DNA of 64,000 bases. Source: Elainellaceae cyanobacterium. GTDB taxonomy: Bacteria; Cyanobacteriota; Cyanobacteriia; CAKZMO01. Every line of letters begins with the position of its first letter. The stretch's first letter is position 1. Below the pieces are notes generated by a model. The model was not told where the DNA came from. It saw only the letters and a list, made by a program, of their open reading frames with translations, and made no database searches. A program made the translations under genes and the position numbers. The stretch is from contig JBHJHD010000010.1 in assembly GCA_050331115.1 (NCBI GenBank), positions 27,368 to 91,367 of the forward strand. The letters run 5' to 3'. Below, one piece after another: positions 9,391 to 19,587 of this stretch.

Positions 9391-9406
9391 TTGAACTACA
9401 GTTCAA
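9391..9406. promoter_or_regulatory. Perfect 16-bp palindrome TTGAACTACAGTTCAA (GAAC-N4-GTTC core) in the ribBA/argC divergent promoter region
   Basis: Read directly from the sequence; about 50 bp upstream of the argC start; resembles Cheo-box/LexA-like GAAC-N4-GTTC operators. Confidence 0.25.
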
Positions 9407-9456
9407 GTGCAGCATGAGTGCCGAGTATAGACCGCGTCGTCAGGTAGGTTAACGCT

Positions 9457-10512
9457 ATGGGAAATTCGAGAGTGCCAATCGGTATTGTGGGGGCATCGGG
9501 CTATGGCGGTGTTCAGCTGGTGCGCCTATTGCTTGAGCATCCTCAGGTCGACCTGGCTTACCTGGGGGGTGACAGCAGCGCTGGAAAACCGTTTGCCGCG
9601 CTCTACCCCCATCTAGGGCACCAGGTGGCTCAGTCGGTTGAAGCTATTGATCTAAAGCAGATTGCCGAGCGGTGTGAGGCCGTGTTTCTATCGCTGCCCA
9701 ACGGCTTGGCCTGTCAGATGGCGCCTCAGCTACTTGAGCAGGGGTGCCGGGTCCTGGACCTTTCGGCTGACTATCGATTTCAGAATTTAGAGACCTACAC
9801 CGCTTGGTACGGCAACGAGCGCAGCGATCAGAAGCTGGCTCAAGATGCAGTGTACGGGCTGCCGGAGCTGTACCGCGATCGCATTCGCGGGGCTGCGCTC
9901 ATTGGCTGTCCCGGCTGCTACCCTACTGCTAGCCTCATGGCCCTAGCGCCGCTGATGAAGCAGGGGCTCATTGCCCCCGGAAGCGCTATTATCGACGCCA
10001 AATCTGGCACCTCGGGCGGCGGGCGCAGCGCCAAAACTCATTTGCTCCTGGCGGAAGCCGACAACTCTCTAGCGGCCTACGGCGTAGGGCGACACCGGCA
10101 CACGCCGGAGATTGAGCAGATCTGCAGCCAGATGGCGGGGCAAGACATCACCGTGCAGTTTACGCCCCACCTAGTGCCCATGGTGCGGGGCATTCTAGCG
10201 ACGGTGTACGCCACGCTGCGCGACCCCGGTTTGGTACGGGAAGATCTGCTGACGATTTACGGCGCTTTCTACCGCGACTCGCCCTGGATCCAGATCTTGC
10301 CCAACGGCGTCTACCCTCAGACCAAATGGGCTCTGGGCACTAATCTTTGCTATATCGGCATCGAGGTTGACCCCCGCACCGGGCGGGTGATTGTCATGTC
10401 AGCGATCGACAACCTGATGAAGGGGCAGGCCGCGCAGGCGGTTCAGTGCCTGAATTTGATGATGGGGTGGGATGAGTCTCAGGGACTGCCGAAGCTGGGC
10501 TTCTATCCTTAG
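9457..10512 (+). CDS. argC: N-acetyl-gamma-glutamyl-phosphate reductase
   Basis: [12 protein letters not shown]-terminal NAD(P)-binding motif and overall ArgC similarity; 351 aa. Confidence 0.9.
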   Translation: MGNSRVPIGIVGASGYGGVQLVRLLLEHPQVDLAYLGGDSSAGKPFAALYPHLGHQVAQSVEAIDLKQIAERCEAVFLSLPNGLACQMAPQLLEQGCRVLDLSADYRFQNLETYTAWYGNERSDQKLAQDAVYGLPELYRDRIRGAALIGCPGCYPTASLMALAPLMKQGLIAPGSAIIDAKSGTSGGGRSAKTHLLLAEADNSLAAYGVGRHRHTPEIEQICSQMAGQDITVQFTPHLVPMVRGILATVYATLRDPGLVREDLLTIYGAFYRDSPWIQILPNGVYPQTKWALGTNLCYIGIEVDPRTGRVIVMSAIDNLMKGQAAQAVQCLNLMMGWDESQGLPKLGFYP

Positions 10513-10524
10513 TCCTGAGCGTTT

Positions 10525-10569
10525 CGCGCAGGTTGGCGAGGCGTAAGGCGCTCTTCGCCAACCTGCGCG
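10525..10569. terminator. Bidirectional hairpin between convergent argC and the Calx/RTX gene (14-bp perfect inverted repeat, 17-nt loop)
   Basis: cgcgcaggttggcg ... cgccaacctgcgcg is an exact reverse complement; no obvious U-tract, so it could also be a protein-binding palindrome. Confidence 0.4.
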
Positions 10570-10583
10570 CGAGCTAATTCCGT

Positions 10584-12185
10584 TTAGGCAAAATTAGCCG
10601 CATCAGTCACATCAACGCCAACGACCATGGCGAGCTTGTGATCCGTCTCTTCAACCCGAATCAGCGTATTGCTGCCGCGCCGGGTGATCGACAGGTCATC
10701 AAAGCTCAAGTCACTGCCGATTTCAATGGTGTCGAGTCCTTTCTGAAAGCCCTCAAACACATCCATACCCTTCGCGACCTCGAGAACGTAGGTATCGGCA
10801 CCGGCACCGCCGCGTAAGACATCGCGGCCGCCGCCGCCGGACATCAGGTCATCGCCCTTGTTGCCGCGGATGACGTCACCACCGCCGCCGCCAAAGATCT
10901 CGTCGTTGCCCTTGTTGCCGGACAGCACGTCGCGACCGCCGCGACCGAAGATGCGATCGCGTCCGGCGCCGCCGTTAATGATATCGCGAGCTTGACCGCC
11001 ATCGAGCAGGTCGTTTCCGCTGTCTCCGTTGAGGAAGTCACGGGCTTTGCCGCCAAAGAGGCGATCGCGTCCTGCACCGCCGGAGATTAGGTCTCTGCCG
11101 TCGCCACCGTTAATTTCGTCGTCTCCGCCTAAGCCCAAGAGGACGTCAGAACCCGCCTGACCCAGAATGGTATCTTTGCGCGCCGTCCCAGAAATTTGCT
11201 CTGATGCGTCTGTACCCGAGAGCGCGCTGTCCCTGCCGGAGAGTACGTCGCCGTTGTCGTCAGTCGAGTCGCCGCTATCGCTGTCGTCATCCCCTCCACC
11301 ATTGCCATCGGTGTCCAGTACGGGCGGCGGCGTTAGCGGCGCGGGCGGGTCAATAGGGCCAGCGGGCTCAGTCGGTTCGGCGGGTTCGGTTGGCTCAGTC
11401 GGCTCAGCCGGCTCTACTGGCTCTTCAGGCTCGATGTCAGCGTCGCCAATCGTTAGAGTGGCCTGACCCAGAGCGCCAACGAAGCCATTGCCGCTGCCAG
11501 AAGTTAGCGTTAGGGTGACTGTCTCGTCGGGGTCAGCGATCGCGTCGTCAATGAGCGGAATAGTCACTGTTTTCTCAGCCTCACCGTCGGCAAAGGTGAC
11601 GGCGATGGGGCTGTTGTCATAGTCCACACCTGCAGTAGCGGGATTGGTGGCCCCGTTGGTTAGCCCGACATTGACTTGAATTTCGCCTTCCGTGGCGTCG
11701 GTACGCTGCAGCGTCACTGTCGCTAACCCGCTTTCCTCGGTGGACGAGAAGCTACCCGTGGTGAAGGAGACCTTTCCAGTGGCAACGGAATTGAACGTGA
11801 TATTGCTGACCCGAGCAAATTCTTGAGCGTTCGACTCTCCAGTGAGTGTTACAGTCTGCCCATTCTCTAAAAACACGTCGTCACCAACCAGGAAATCGAC
11901 GATCGATTTGTTGCCCACATCGTTCTGGTTTAGGGTTATCGGGGTCGTTCCGGGAACGTTTAGCGCCAGGCTGCCGGTTCCGTCGGACTCATCAACGTAG
12001 TCAATCAGAATGTCATACGTGCCCGGTGCGCCGGAAAAGCTAAACGTCGCGCTACCTTGAGTGCCGGATGGACTGCTGATAGGAATTTGAATGACGTCGA
12101 GACCGGCAAGCTGAGATTCTCTCGGCTCATAGACATTGAGCGTAACAGCAGGATTGTTTTTTAGGTCAACAGAAATCGGCGGCAT
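10584..12185 (-). CDS. Secreted Calx-beta domain / RTX (hemolysin-type calcium-binding repeat) protein with a PEPTEP linker
   Basis: Calx-beta-like block (GEIQVNVGLTNG...DETVTLTLTS); (EPTEPA)n low-complexity linker; C-terminal GGxGxDxL nonapeptide repeats (GGAGRDRLFGGKARDFLNGDSGNDLLDGG...); likely T1SS substrate. Confidence 0.8.
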   Translation of the reverse strand: MPPISVDLKNNPAVTLNVYEPRESQLAGLDVIQIPISSPSGTQGSATFSFSGAPGTYDILIDYVDESDGTGSLALNVPGTTPITLNQNDVGNKSIVDFLVGDDVFLENGQTVTLTGESNAQEFARVSNITFNSVATGKVSFTTGSFSSTEESGLATVTLQRTDATEGEIQVNVGLTNGATNPATAGVDYDNSPIAVTFADGEAEKTVTIPLIDDAIADPDETVTLTLTSGSGNGFVGALGQATLTIGDADIEPEEPVEPAEPTEPTEPAEPTEPAGPIDPPAPLTPPPVLDTDGNGGGDDDSDSGDSTDDNGDVLSGRDSALSGTDASEQISGTARKDTILGQAGSDVLLGLGGDDEINGGDGRDLISGGAGRDRLFGGKARDFLNGDSGNDLLDGGQARDIINGGAGRDRIFGRGGRDVLSGNKGNDEIFGGGGGDVIRGNKGDDLMSGGGGRDVLRGGAGADTYVLEVAKGMDVFEGFQKGLDTIEIGSDLSFDDLSITRRGSNTLIRVEETDHKLAMVVGVDVTDAANFA

Positions 12186-12387
12186 TAGTTGTTGTCTCGT
12201 TTATAAAGAATTTAAGAAATCTCTGTCCTAAACTTATAAACTTTATCTAAGTAGCTAAACAAAAAAACGACGCTACTTAGATTGAAAGGCGGTTTTTCTC
12301 CAAGCAGTAAAATTAGCCTTTCAAAAAGTTTTGGTTTGATTTAGAACTTTGATCGATGAAGATTGATACCAAAGGGATGTGAAGATG

Positions 12388-12484
12388 CACATTATGGCTC
12401 ACCCCCGGCTGTCGCCGTCCCCCTTACCAAGGGGGACTACAGGGGGTCTCCAATATGTGCAAGCACATATGGAATTGGTATGAG
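12388..12484. repeat. Copy A of an unclassified structured repeat (about 97 bp): conserved 5' end cacRttatggctcacccccggctgtcgcc and 3' end ccMataYgtgcaRc(c)acataYggaattggtatRag
   Basis: Second copy at 32601-32721; internal perfect hairpin GTCCCCCTT-ACC-AAGGGGGAC and ATATGTGC-AA-GCACATAT; partial third copy of the 5' motif at about 12668-12685. Confidence 0.5.
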
Positions 12485-12971
12485 ATGATTTCGGATAGAA
12501 ACAGGGACACCTCAATTGTCTTGTGTCGGTAGAAGCCCTTTTGAGGTATACCAAAGTTTCTAAAAGCAAGCTCAGGCTGCGATCTCAGCTTGGCAAGAGC
12601 ATTCAAGATTGACGCTTTTACAGAGATCGCATAGGTGGTCAGCCATAAGAAAACGGTGTTGGGGGGGTTCACCCCCCGGCAGAAGACAAATTCCCAAGTC
12701 GCGTCGTTTACTTACGGCCTCCTACTTATAAGATAGCGATGTAGAATTCAAATTATCAGCAACATTCCGCCGGCTTTATCGTCTCTTGACCGTGCGCTAT
12801 CGCGCGTGAGCATTATCTTCAATAAAGACAAAGCTCGCGTCTAAATCTCGTCTGGGTTGGGATAACATCGCATAGCGCTAGCCATATTGCATAGGCTAAG
12901 ATCGCTGGCTCAAAGCAATGATTTGGCCGTAAGTGAAAAGACTAATTTTTAGAAATAGAGCGCGATCGCGG

Positions 12972-14675
12972 CTATGGTCTACCGTCAACCCCGCTCCAAA
13001 ACCGTTGCCACCGATCGAGGGCTACGGTCTGGCTGGGGGCACCGCGCTCTAGCAGCGCTACCCCGTCTTCAAACGCAGCTAACCCATATCGCGGTTGACC
13101 AATCAGCTGCTCAATCCGCGGCGCTAGGCGGCGTAGGCGGTCGGCATCGTCCGCAAACGCCGCCCCGTACTGCTGCAGCTGCCAGAGATCGACAATCGCG
13201 TACTCAACGGCGATCGCTTCACCGGCATCGTTTCTCAGGCGCACCGCCGGAAACCGGATAATTTCTCGGCGGCTGGAGAGGTGAGGCACGATGTGGGTGG
13301 TGGCGGAAACGCTAGCGTCTTCGGGAATTTGGGCTAGCAGGTCGCGAATGACGCCAACGTGGGACCACTGCCGCGCTGGAGAGATATAGACGCGAGGGGT
13401 GAACGAGTCTGGCACGATGAAAGACAGCGCCCGGTTGGGATTAGACGTTACCGTAAACAGCAGCGATAGCCCGATACAAATAATCCAAAATCGACCCCGC
13501 CAGCGCGGCTTGAGGCCCTGAGGACGCTCCGACCACCAGAGAATTGCGCCATAAAAGAAGCCTGGAACCACGGTCAGGGCGTAGCGCAGGTTGATCGCTA
13601 AGGCAGTACTGTCGTCCCGGATGAATAGCTTGACTAATGGAAAGGCGTTCAGCGCCCAGGCCGACGGCGAGACGGCAGGGACAAACGCCAGGGGCAACCA
13701 CTGAGCCAGCAGATACTTTAGCGTCCGGCCTACCGGGTTCACCAGGTCGGAAATCAGCTGTCCGGGGCGAGTCAGCAGCCCTTTGATCACGTCTAGGGTA
13801 GTCGCTTCGTCGCTGTCCACGTAGGGCGCGAACTGCTCAATCATGAAGCGGCGGGAAATGTCTTCTGAGAACAGCGGCATCACCAGGTTGGTCAGCGCCA
13901 GCATGTAGCCTAGACTAACCACGCAGGTCGCCAGCCCTAAAACCGGGTAGCGTCGGCTCACCACCAGGTAGCTCCCAATGCTAAACAAAATAACGCCGGC
14001 GTCTTCCCGAATCGCTAGAATCGCCGCGGCGGCCAGCCAAAATGCCCACCAGCGCCGCTGCTCTAGCGCCAGAAACAGGCTAAAGGTAAACAGCGGCACC
14101 TGGCACAGGTCGTGGAAGTTGGCCAGGCTGGGGCCAATCACCGCGTTGGCGGCGTAGAAGCTAACGGTAATCAAGGTGGCGATCGCCACCCCTACCCGCT
14201 CCCGCGCCAGGCGGTAGAGGAGCAGCCCCGCCGCCGTCAGCAGGGTAATCTGCAGCACCAGCAGCGTCGCAGGATAGGGCAACAGGGCGTAGAGGGGAAG
14301 CCACAGCAGCAGCGCGGGGGTAAAGTGCTGGCCCAGGCGGTGGTAGCCCACCTCAGGCAGCTCGCCGTCGTGCACCACTGGCGTCGAGAGCGTAGAAGAC
14401 AGCGAGCTTTGAAAAGGCCTGCCGTGGGCGCCGTTCCAAAACACCTGGTTGAAAATGCCCTGGTCGAAGGAGGCGTAGGAGGGATACATGCTGTAATGGC
14501 GGTGCAGCAGCACCACGACCAGCACAGCCCAAAACATCAGCGCCGCGGCGATCGCGCCTTGACTCAGACCGAAGCGATCGCGGTAGACCCATTTAAGCCG
14601 CTGTTCCATTGCCGTTGTCATCAAAAGTCTATGGGGTATCGATATCTCGGTTGGGGTGCTATATCTGCTTAGCAC
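12972..14675 (-). CDS. Polytopic membrane protein, DUF2079-like (putative membrane glycosyltransferase-like)
   Basis: 567 aa, more than 10 predicted TM helices; N-terminal region resembles the cyanobacterial DUF2079 family; assignment tentative. Confidence 0.5.
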   Translation of the reverse strand: MLSRYSTPTEISIPHRLLMTTAMEQRLKWVYRDRFGLSQGAIAAALMFWAVLVVVLLHRHYSMYPSYASFDQGIFNQVFWNGAHGRPFQSSLSSTLSTPVVHDGELPEVGYHRLGQHFTPALLLWLPLYALLPYPATLLVLQITLLTAAGLLLYRLARERVGVAIATLITVSFYAANAVIGPSLANFHDLCQVPLFTFSLFLALEQRRWWAFWLAAAAILAIREDAGVILFSIGSYLVVSRRYPVLGLATCVVSLGYMLALTNLVMPLFSEDISRRFMIEQFAPYVDSDEATTLDVIKGLLTRPGQLISDLVNPVGRTLKYLLAQWLPLAFVPAVSPSAWALNAFPLVKLFIRDDSTALAINLRYALTVVPGFFYGAILWWSERPQGLKPRWRGRFWIICIGLSLLFTVTSNPNRALSFIVPDSFTPRVYISPARQWSHVGVIRDLLAQIPEDASVSATTHIVPHLSSRREIIRFPAVRLRNDAGEAIAVEYAIVDLWQLQQYGAAFADDADRLRRLAPRIEQLIGQPRYGLAAFEDGVALLERGAPSQTVALDRWQRFWSGVDGRP

Positions 14676-14829
14676 ACCAGTAGAATCCTGCTCACCTCAA
14701 GGGTTTAGCCCTCTCCCCTGGCCCCTCTCCCAATCCTGAGGGAAGGGTTAGGGGTGGGGGCCTTCAAGACGCTAAGCAAGTATATGGTGCGCCCTTACGA
14801 AGCCTAGCAGCCTACAGCCCTGGCTATCG

Positions 14830-15702
14830 CTAGGTCAGATACTTGTGCAGCAGCGCCGCCAGCTTTTTCTTGGTTTCCGCAGGTGCCTTGTCCAGCGGCG
14901 TCAAGATAGCGTCTTTTAGCGCCGAGTGGGCCACAGACTCCGGCGGGTTGGCGTGGAGGCGCTTCACGGTTTCTCGAATCACCGCCTGGGCATTGGCGGC
15001 GTTCTTCATCAGGTTACCAATCACCAGTTCTACCGTGACGCTGTCGTGGTCGGGGTGCCAGCAGTCGTAGTCGGTTACCATCGCTAGGGTAGCGTAGGCG
15101 ATCTCCGCTTCCCGGGCCAGTTTGGCCTCTGGGAGGTTAGTCATGCCAATCACCGCAGCGTCCCAGCTCCGATAGAGATGCGACTCAGCCTTGGTGGAAA
15201 ATGCCGGGCCTTCCATACAGACGTAGGTGCCGCCCCGGTGAAGCTGAACGTCAGGAAAACTGAGCTGATCGACGGCGGCGGCAATCATGCCTGAAAGGGC
15301 GGTACATACTGGTTCGGCAAAGGCGATATGGGCGACAATGCCCTCTCCAAAAAAGGTGGAGGCGCGGTTTTTGGTGCGATCGATAAACTGGTCTGGCAGC
15401 ACCATGTCCAAAGGGCGAAACTCATCTTGAAGCGAGCCCACCGCCGACGCCGAGATCAAATACTTGACCCCCAGCTGCTTCATGGCGTAGACGTTGGCGC
15501 GAAAGGGCAGCTCTGAGGGCAGCAGCCGGTGGCCCCGGCCGTGGCGCGCCAGGAAAGCAACCCGCGCCCCTTCTAGGGTGCCAGTAATAATGGCGTCAGA
15601 CGGGGGGCCAAACGGCGTGTCAACGCTGACCTCCTTAATATCCTGCAGGGCCTCCATTTGGTAGAGACCGCTGCCGCCGATAATACCGATAGTGACGTCC
15701 AT
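14830..15702 (-). CDS. mtnP: S-methyl-5'-thioadenosine phosphorylase
   Basis: [10 protein letters not shown]...[28 protein letters not shown]... is characteristic of the MTAP/PNP family. Confidence 0.85.
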   Translation of the reverse strand: MDVTIGIIGGSGLYQMEALQDIKEVSVDTPFGPPSDAIITGTLEGARVAFLARHGRGHRLLPSELPFRANVYAMKQLGVKYLISASAVGSLQDEFRPLDMVLPDQFIDRTKNRASTFFGEGIVAHIAFAEPVCTALSGMIAAAVDQLSFPDVQLHRGGTYVCMEGPAFSTKAESHLYRSWDAAVIGMTNLPEAKLAREAEIAYATLAMVTDYDCWHPDHDSVTVELVIGNLMKNAANAQAVIRETVKRLHANPPESVAHSALKDAILTPLDKAPAETKKKLAALLHKYLT

Positions 15703-15915
15703 GCTGCTATGCCCTATATATACGTTGGCGCTTTTGCTTAGGACAGCGTGGGGTGGCTGAAAGCCTGGAGTCCGTAGGCAACAGCGCGCGCAAATGTCCT
15801 AACGCGTTAGAACATTTGCTGTACCTGCTCAAGCATTCTACTGATACGGAATTCCCAGCGCAACCAATGAGCGTCCTTGAAAAACAGGTGTGGCTATGCC
15901 ATCTGCAGCAGGTTT

Positions 15916-16755
15916 TTACGCCGGCTGCAGCAGCCAGATGCCGCTGTAGGTGACGCCAGAGTTGTCGGGCTGCACCAGGAGAAAGTGGAGGCCCCGGCTG
16001 GCCTGCTGACGCTTTTGAAAGGTCTGCCCCGCCTGAGCTACGGCATCGTCCTCGAAGGTCGCTAGAACCCAGCGATCGCTCAACCCCGCCTCTAAAATCA
16101 GGCCGTCGGGGGGACCCGGAATATAGCTGAGGCTGACCGGGTGCTGCGTCTGTAGCCATTGGGCCAGGCGCATCGACTGCCGCCCGCCGTCGATAATCAC
16201 GCCGGGAATGGGCGTATCCGAGGCCAGCTTTAGGGCCAGCGGGTAGAGTGACGGGGGCGTATCGCGGATGGGGATGGCCTGCTCCTCAATAAACTCTGTC
16301 AGGTCCGAGGCGGCGATCGCCCCAAACCGCCACTGCTCTCCCCAAAGCTCCTCAGGGACAGGCAGCGGGGGAGGTGACTCAACCTGGGTGGGGCGATAGG
16401 GCTCGCCCGTGTACTGGGGCATCGAGGCATAGATGCCGACCCGGTCATGGAGGTGGGCCTTGAGCAGCGCGGTCCGTCGGGTGGCCACCACGGGAATAGC
16501 GAGCGGTTTAGCCGCCGCCGTAATCAGACTCAGGCTCTGGGGCCGAAAAACCTCGATGTGCTTGGGCCGCGGGTGCTGCTGAATTACCGCTTGCAGCTGG
16601 GCCGTGAGCCAGGACGACGTAGCGCCAGACTGCTGAGAAAAGGCGTGGGCAATGAACTCTTCTTCGGGGCAGCAGAGCACCAGCTCCCACACGGGCTGAC
16701 CCTCATCTTGAAGAGGGCGGCGGTAGAAGTCAGCTTGCCAGGTTGTTTTTGTCAT
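15916..16755 (-). CDS. Tab2/ATAB2-like RNA-binding protein (DUF1092 family, cyanobacteria/chloroplast lineage)
   Basis: 279 aa; length and sequence character match the conserved cyanobacterial Tab2 homologs; recognised from memory, not motif-verified. Confidence 0.5.
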   Translation of the reverse strand: MTKTTWQADFYRRPLQDEGQPVWELVLCCPEEEFIAHAFSQQSGATSSWLTAQLQAVIQQHPRPKHIEVFRPQSLSLITAAAKPLAIPVVATRRTALLKAHLHDRVGIYASMPQYTGEPYRPTQVESPPPLPVPEELWGEQWRFGAIAASDLTEFIEEQAIPIRDTPPSLYPLALKLASDTPIPGVIIDGGRQSMRLAQWLQTQHPVSLSYIPGPPDGLILEAGLSDRWVLATFEDDAVAQAGQTFQKRQQASRGLHFLLVQPDNSGVTYSGIWLLQPA

Positions 16756-16803
16756 TGCCTAGATGATGCGGTCGTTTAGAGTCGCTGCGTTCAAAGGTGT
16801 TGC

Positions 16804-17202
16804 CTAAGGGGGCAGCTGGGCCTCAAGCTCAGTGAGCCGATCCTGAAGCGCGAACACGTCCTGACGCGTTTCGATTACGAGGGTGGCCAGCTGGTCAAAA
16901 TTGGGGGCCGGATCAGCCGCCGGCAGGTCTGTTGGCGCAGCCTCAGCGATCGCGCTGCCGCCAAGCCGCTGCTGGCGGCCCAGCTGCCTGTCGAGCTGGT
17001 CAATCTGGGACTGCAGCGTCCGAATCGATGTCTCAATGCGAGACAGTCGAAAGGACACCTGCTGGTCAGTCTGACCCAGGGCAGGGCGGCCTAGCAGCAG
17101 CGCTAAACAAACCAGCAGCAGGGCCCAATATGGGCTAAAGCTTGCTGCCGCAATCAGGGCAGAAGTTATTCTTCGAAGGATTCTCCGCACCACAGCTTCC
17201 AC
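16804..17202 (-). CDS. Small membrane-anchored coiled-coil protein (hypothetical)
   Basis: N-terminal hydrophobic anchor followed by heptad-rich [11 protein letters not shown]...; the GTG start overlaps the 3' end of ilvB by about 66 nt, so the start is uncertain. Confidence 0.35.
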   Translation of the reverse strand: MEAVVRRILRRITSALIAAASFSPYWALLLVCLALLLGRPALGQTDQQVSFRLSRIETSIRTLQSQIDQLDRQLGRQQRLGGSAIAEAAPTDLPAADPAPNFDQLATLVIETRQDVFALQDRLTELEAQLPP

Positions 17203-19030
17203 AGACTAACGGTTTAGACTCACGCTGGGGCCGCTTGGGCAGCCCCAGCATTTGGGCGTTGCCCTTGCCGGGCTCCACCATCGGGTAGCAGTTTTCGTCT
17301 CGCTTGACGCGCACGTCCATCAGTACCGGGCCATCGTGGGCCAGCATCTCGGCGATCGCGCGCTCCAGCTCTGAGCGCTCTTGAACCACCATACCGCGCA
17401 CGCCAAACGCCTCGGCCAGCTTCACAAAGTCCGGCATGCCCACCTCCATATTGGAAGAGGAGTAGCGCTCGCCGTAAAACGCCTGCTGCCACTGGCGCAC
17501 CATCCCCTGCCAGGCGTTGTTGATGATCACGGTTTTGGCGGCGATGCCGTACTGGGCTAGGGTACCAAGCTCCTGCAGGTTCATCTGAAAGCTGGCGTCC
17601 CCGCTGATGCAGATCACCTCGTCATCGGGCAGGGCAACCTTGACCCCCAGCGCCGACGGCATGCCGTAGCCCATTGTCCCCAGTCCGGCGCTGGAGATCC
17701 AGCGGCGCGGCCCTGTCTTTAGAAATTGAGCGGACCACATCTGGTGCTGGCCGACGTCAGTGGTGTAATAGGCATTGGGGGCCTGGCGGCACAGTTCCAC
17801 GATCACCTCTTGGGGGGCAATCACGCCGTCGTAGCTCGGGGCCGTGAGGGGATAGTCCGCTTTCCAGCTGCGAACGCGCGCCAGCCATTCTTCGTTTTGG
17901 GCCCCATCGGCGGCGTGGTTTTGCTTGGCATCCCGGTGCAGCAGGTCGCCCATCACCTGGCGCACGTCTCCCACAATGGGCACGTCGGGGGCACGATTTT
18001 TGCCCACCTCCGCTGGGTCGATATCGATGTGAATCACCTTGGCGCGAGCGGCAAACTCGTCTAGCTTGCCGGTAACGCGATCGTCGAAGCGAGCGCCTAC
18101 CGCAATCAGCAGGTCGCATTCGCTGACGGCGAAGTTGGCGTAGGCGGTGCCGTGCATGCCCAACATGCCGACCGACAGCTCGTGGTGCTCATCAAACGCG
18201 CCTTTGCCCATCAGCGTCGTAGTCACAGGAATGTGATAGCGCTCGGCCAGCTGCTTGATCTCTTCGTGAGCCCCCGACGTAATTGCGCCGCCGCCGACGT
18301 ACAGCAGCGGGCGACGGGCGGCGCGGATGAGCTGCAGCGCCTGGGCCAGCTGGCGCGGGTTGCCCTTGAAGGTGGGGCGGTAGCCGGGCAGCTTGACGGA
18401 GCCTGGCTCCACGGGGACGTAGGCAAACTTTTCCATGCCGACGTCTTTGGGGATGTCGATGAGGACCGGGCCGGGCCGACCGGTTTGGGCGATGTAGAAA
18501 GCCTCAGCCACGATGCGGGCCATGTCGCGCGGGTCGCGAACCACGTAGGAATGCTTGACGACGGGCAGGGTAATGCCAAAGATATCGGTTTCTTGAAATG
18601 CGTCGCTGCCAATGGCCGGACGGGGCACCTGGCCGGTAACCACCACCATAGGAATGGAGTCCATCTGCGCTGTGGCAATGCCCGTCACTAGGTTGGTCGC
18701 CCCGGGCCCGGACGTGGCAAAGCAGACCCCTACTTTGCCGGTGGCCCGGGAATAGCCGTCGGCCGCGTGGGACGCGCCCTGCTCGTGGCGCACCAGGATA
18801 TGCTGCAGTCTGCCGGCCTGTTCAGCCTCATACAGCGCATCATAGACGGGTAAAATTGCCCCTCCGGGATAGCCAAAAATGTGGGTGACCCCATGACAAC
18901 ACAGGCTGTCGACCAGCGCCTGGGCCCCAGAGAGCTGAGCGGGCTCGCTAGCGGGTCGGCTAGCAATTGTAGGTTGAGAGAGCGGTGATTGAGCCCGATC
19001 GCTAGGGCGGCTGGGGAGGACGTCACGCAT
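17135..19030 (-). CDS. ilvB: Acetolactate synthase large subunit with a C-terminal CxxC...CxxC zinc-ribbon tail
   Basis: ThDP-enzyme motifs ([14 protein letters not shown], ...[14 protein letters not shown]...) across about 590 aa; the last about 30 aa are [26 protein letters not shown]. Confidence 0.9.
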   Translation of the reverse strand: MRDVLPSRPSDRAQSPLSQPTIASRPASEPAQLSGAQALVDSLCCHGVTHIFGYPGGAILPVYDALYEAEQAGRLQHILVRHEQGASHAADGYSRATGKVGVCFATSGPGATNLVTGIATAQMDSIPMVVVTGQVPRPAIGSDAFQETDIFGITLPVVKHSYVVRDPRDMARIVAEAFYIAQTGRPGPVLIDIPKDVGMEKFAYVPVEPGSVKLPGYRPTFKGNPRQLAQALQLIRAARRPLLYVGGGAITSGAHEEIKQLAERYHIPVTTTLMGKGAFDEHHELSVGMLGMHGTAYANFAVSECDLLIAVGARFDDRVTGKLDEFAARAKVIHIDIDPAEVGKNRAPDVPIVGDVRQVMGDLLHRDAKQNHAADGAQNEEWLARVRSWKADYPLTAPSYDGVIAPQEVIVELCRQAPNAYYTTDVGQHQMWSAQFLKTGPRRWISSAGLGTMGYGMPSALGVKVALPDDEVICISGDASFQMNLQELGTLAQYGIAAKTVIINNAWQGMVRQWQQAFYGERYSSSNMEVGMPDFVKLAEAFGVRGMVVQERSELERAIAEMLAHDGPVLMDVRVKRDENCYPMVEPGKGNAQMLGLPKRPQRESKPLVCGSCGAENPSKNNFCPDCGSKL

Positions 19031-19222
19031 GGCGAATTGGAAAAACCCTGTGTCTTTAATAGTGAATGTTTAGATGACTGGATCAACCGTATAGGTCTGT
19101 TCAAACTGAACGTATAGACCAGTTTAGCCTTCATGCTAGCGCGTGATGCGCAAAGCACATCTTGAGAATGTGTAAAATATTTAGCGGCATTATCTGCAAA
19201 AGATGATAAAACCGTTCCCTTC

Positions 19223-19507
19223 TTGAACCGCACTATGGAAACCGATCGCCTTATTTTGTACAGCAAGCCTGGCTGCCACCTTTGCGAGGGCCTAGAGGAA
19301 AAGCTACAGCAGATCCATTTACCCATCGCGCTAGAAATCAGGGACATCACGACCCAGCCCCACTGGTGGGAGCGCTACCGCTACGAGATTCCGGTACTGC
19401 ATCTTCAGCGAGGTGAGAAGGCGGTGATGATTCCCCGCTTTTCGCCCCGGGCCTCGGCCCAGCGAGTTGAGCAAATTTTACAGAGATACATGGTAGAACA
19501 AGACTAA
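19223..19507 (+). CDS. Glutaredoxin-like thioredoxin-fold protein (CxxC)
   Basis: 94 aa, YSKPGCHLCEG active-site-like motif; typical of the glutaredoxin-2/DUF836 family. Confidence 0.55.
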   Translation: MNRTMETDRLILYSKPGCHLCEGLEEKLQQIHLPIALEIRDITTQPHWWERYRYEIPVLHLQRGEKAVMIPRFSPRASAQRVEQILQRYMVEQD

Positions 19508-19587
19508 CCGCGCTGCGGCGGCCCCGCTCGCCTTAAACGCCAGCTTTAGCACTCCATTCCAGCGTTCAGCTTCGCCAGGCAGACCCA

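Noticed and set aside
9381-9396. NtcA-like site GTAaactttgaacTAC upstream of argC
   Set aside because: The spacer is 10 nt, not the canonical GTA-N8-TAC; the overlapping perfect palindrome is the better-supported signal.
12424-12672. 82-aa ORF covering repeat copy A
   Set aside because: No homology, odd composition, and it is built from the conserved repeat element; the repeat is more likely non-coding.
17726-18691. Antisense ORFs within ilvB (17726-18064, 17757-18119, 18152-18691, 18223-18678)
   Set aside because: Shadow ORFs of a highly conserved gene; R/P/G-rich products.
18730-19350. 206-aa minus-strand ORF bridging the ilvB N-terminus, the intergenic region and the glutaredoxin-like gene start
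   Set aside because: It overlaps two supported genes and a promoter region; no recognisable domain.
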